Shown here: positions 61,192-64,000 of the stretch, piece by piece
Layout: the number at the start of each line of letters is the position of its first letter
Numbering within the stretch: the stretch's first letter is position 1
Assembly (NCBI GenBank): GCA_030390025.1
Contig: JASTWF010000034.1
Location: forward strand, 62,001 to 126,000
Direction of reading: 5' to 3'
DNA length: 64,000 nt
Source of the DNA: Squalus acanthias
Lineage: Eukaryota
The notes under the pieces: model-generated
Seen by the model: only the letters and a program-made list of their open reading frames with translations
What the model was told of the DNA's origin: nothing
Database searches by the model: none
Position numbers and translations under genes: made by a program

Positions 61192-64000
61192 CTGGGAATT
61201 AAACATACCAGGTTATTTAACGATCAGGAAGGACAGGCAGGAAGGAAGGGGAGGTGGGGTGGCTATGTTAATAAAGGAAGGAATCACTGTAATACAGAGT
61301 AATGATATTGGGTCAAAAAATCATGATAATGAAACAGTTTGGGTGGAGAAAAGGAATAATAAGGGGAAAAAACACTAGTGGGCGTAGTCTATAGGCCTCC
61401 GAACAGTTGCAACTCTGTTGGACGGAATATCAATCAGGAAATAGTTGAGGCATGTAATAAGGGAACATCTATAATTATGGGGGATTTTAACTATCATATT
61501 AATTGGACAAATCAAATGGGGCAGGGCTGCCTTGAGGATGAGTTCATTGAGTGTGTTAGGGATGGGTTTCTTGAGCAGTATGTAACTGAACTGACCAGAG
61601 GGCAAGCAACCTTAGATCTGGTCCTGTGTAACGAGACAGGATTAATTAAAAATGTCCTAGTAAAGGATCCCCTTGGAATGAGTGACCATAACATGGTTGA
61701 ATTCCATATTCAATTAGAGGGTGAGAAGGTTGGATCTCAAACAAGCGTGCTAAGCTTGAATAAAGGAGACTATGAAGGTATGCGAGCGGAATTGAGTAGA
61801 GTGGATTGGGAAAATAGATTAAAGGGTAAGACGACACATGATCAGTGGTGTACATTCAAGGAGTTATTTTACAACTTCCAAAAAATATATATTCCACTGA
61901 AAAGAAAAGGGTGTAAAAGAAAGGACAGTCATCCGTGGCTAATTAAAGAAATTAAGGATAGTATTCGACTAAAAACAAGGGCATATAAGGTAGCGAAATC
62001 TAGTGGGAGGACAGAGGATTGGGAAAACTTTAAAAGGCAGCAAAAAATAACAAAAAGATTGATTAAGAAAGGGAAGATAGATTATGAAAGTAAATTAGCA
62101 AAAAATATAAAAACAGATAGTAAGAGTTTTTATAGTTATATAAAAAGAAAAAGGGTGGCTAAAGTAAATGTTGGTCCCTTAGAGGATGAGACCGGGAAAT
62201 TAATGGTGGGAAATATGGAGATGGCAAAAACACTGAATGAATATTTTGTATCAGTCTTTACAGTAGAGGACACTAAGAATATCCCAACACTGGACAAACA
62301 GGGGGCTATAGGGGGAGAGGAGCTAAACACGATCAAAATCACTAAGGAAGTGGTACTCGGTAAAATAATGGGACTCAAGGCGGATAAATCACCTGGACCT
62401 GATGGCTTACATCCTAGAGTCTTGAAGGAAGTGGCGGTAGGGATTGTAGATGCATTGGTAATTTTTCAAAACTCCCTGGATTCCGCTAAGGTCCCGGCAG
62501 ACTGGAAAACTGCTAATGTAACACCCTTATTTAAAAAGGGCAGTAGACAGAAGGCTGGTAACTATAGACCGGTTAGCCTAACATCTGTGGTAGGTAAAAT
62601 TTTGGAGTCCATTATTAAGGAAACAGTAACAGGACATTTGGATAATCATAATTTAATAGGACAAAGTCAGCATGGTTTTACGAAGGGGAAGTCATGTTTG
62701 ACAAATTTGCTGGAGTTCTTTGAGGAAGTAACATATAGAGTGGATAAAGGGGAACCAGTGGACGTAGTGTATTTAGACTTCCAAAAGGCATTTGACAAGG
62801 TGCCACACAAAAGATTATTGCTTAAGGTAAAAAATCACGGGATTGGGGGTAATATTCTGGCATGGATAGAGGATTGGCTATCTAACAGAAAGCAAAGAGT
62901 TGGGATAAATGGTTCATTCTCAGACTGGCAATCAGTAACTAGTGGTGTTCCACAGGGGTCAGTGCTGGGTCCCCAACTCTTTACAATCTATATTAACGAT
63001 TTGGAGGAAGGGACCAAGTGTAACATATCAAAATTTGCAGATTATACAAAGATGGGAGGGAAAGTAGTGAGTGAGGAGGACATAAAAAACCTGCAAGGGG
63101 ACATAGACAGGCTAAGTAAGTGGGCAGAGATTTGGCAGATGGAATACAACACTGGAAAGTGTGAGGTGATGCACTTTGGCAGGAAAAATCCTAGAGCAAT
63201 TTATTATCTTAATGGCAAGAAACTGGAGAGTACTGAAGTGCAAAGGGATCTGGGGGTCCTGGTGCACGAAACTCAAAAGGTTAGTATGCAGGTGCAGCAA
63301 GTGATTAAGAAGGCAAATGGAATGTTGGCTTTCATTGCTAGGGGGATAGAATATAAAAATAGGGAGGTATTGCTTCAGTTGTACAAGGTATTGGTGAGAC
63401 CGCACCTGGAATACTGCATACAGTTTTGGTGTCCTTACTTAAGGAAAGACATCCTTGCTCTCGAGGCAGTGCAAAAAAGGTTCACTCGGTTAATCCCGGG
63501 GATGAGGGGGTGGTCATATGAGGAGAGGTTGGGTAGATTGGGACTCTACTCATTGGAGTTCAGAAGAATGAGAGGCGATCTTATTGAAACATATAAGATT
63601 GTGAAGGGGTTGGATCGGGTGGATGCGGGGAGGATGTTCCCGATGATGGGTGAGACTAGAACTAGGGGACATAGTCTTAGAATAAGGGGCTGCTCTTTCA
63701 AAACTGAGATGAGGAGGAACTACTTCACTCAGAGGGTGGTAGGTCCATGGAATATGCTGCCACAAATAGCTGTAGAAGCTACATCATTAAATAAATTTAA
63801 AACAGAAATAGACAGTTTCCTAGAAGTAAAGGGCATTAAGGGTTACGGGGAGCGGGCAGGAATTTGGACATGAGTCTAGGTTCGGATCGGTCATGGCCCT
63901 GTGGGTAGTGGAGCGGGCCCAGGGACCGTGTAGCCTGATTCTGCTCCTATTTCGTGTGTGCAATTCTGTTAGATGCAGGAGATGGTTCTGTGATAGATAG
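61192..64000 (+). mobile_element. Young CR1 LINE, near-identical to 15421-18361; ORF 61378-63873
   Basis: APE and RT motifs; catalytic FADD changed to FADY; same 3' UTR. Confidence 0.95.

Overview
Vertebrate genomic DNA, most likely a shark or other elasmobranch (inferred from HE1/V-SINE-like and SacSINE/Deu-like SINEs, HER1/CR1 LINEs and Neptune-type Penelope elements). The window is a repeat-saturated cluster of C2H2 zinc-finger genes with no visible KRAB exon. They are built from one stereotyped cassette: CpG-island promoter with NRF1/YY1/CCAAT/GC boxes, a short intron, one finger exon, and a conserved 3' tail. Six finger exons (~3.8-4.5, 20.0-20.5, 28.5-29.7, 42.3-44.0 minus, 51.5-53.8, 58.1-59.5 kb) and several orphan promoter or exon relics are present, interleaved with nested CR1 LINEs, Penelope elements carrying hammerhead ribozymes, SINEs, a solo LTR, a Harbinger-like MITE and six minisatellite arrays. 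Most notable: four paralogs share a finger-like leader with fixed in-frame TGA codons at DNA-contact helix positions and an ACG in Kozak context where the intact finger array begins; this leader is far more conserved than the fingers behind it. Five paralogs share a frame-preserved 17-codon segment after a TGA-CTG terminal stop. Also noted: a palindromic promoter module and an unexplained CpG-rich nested satellite insert flanked by 69-bp direct repeats. All counts and alignments were done by eye; boundaries are approximate.
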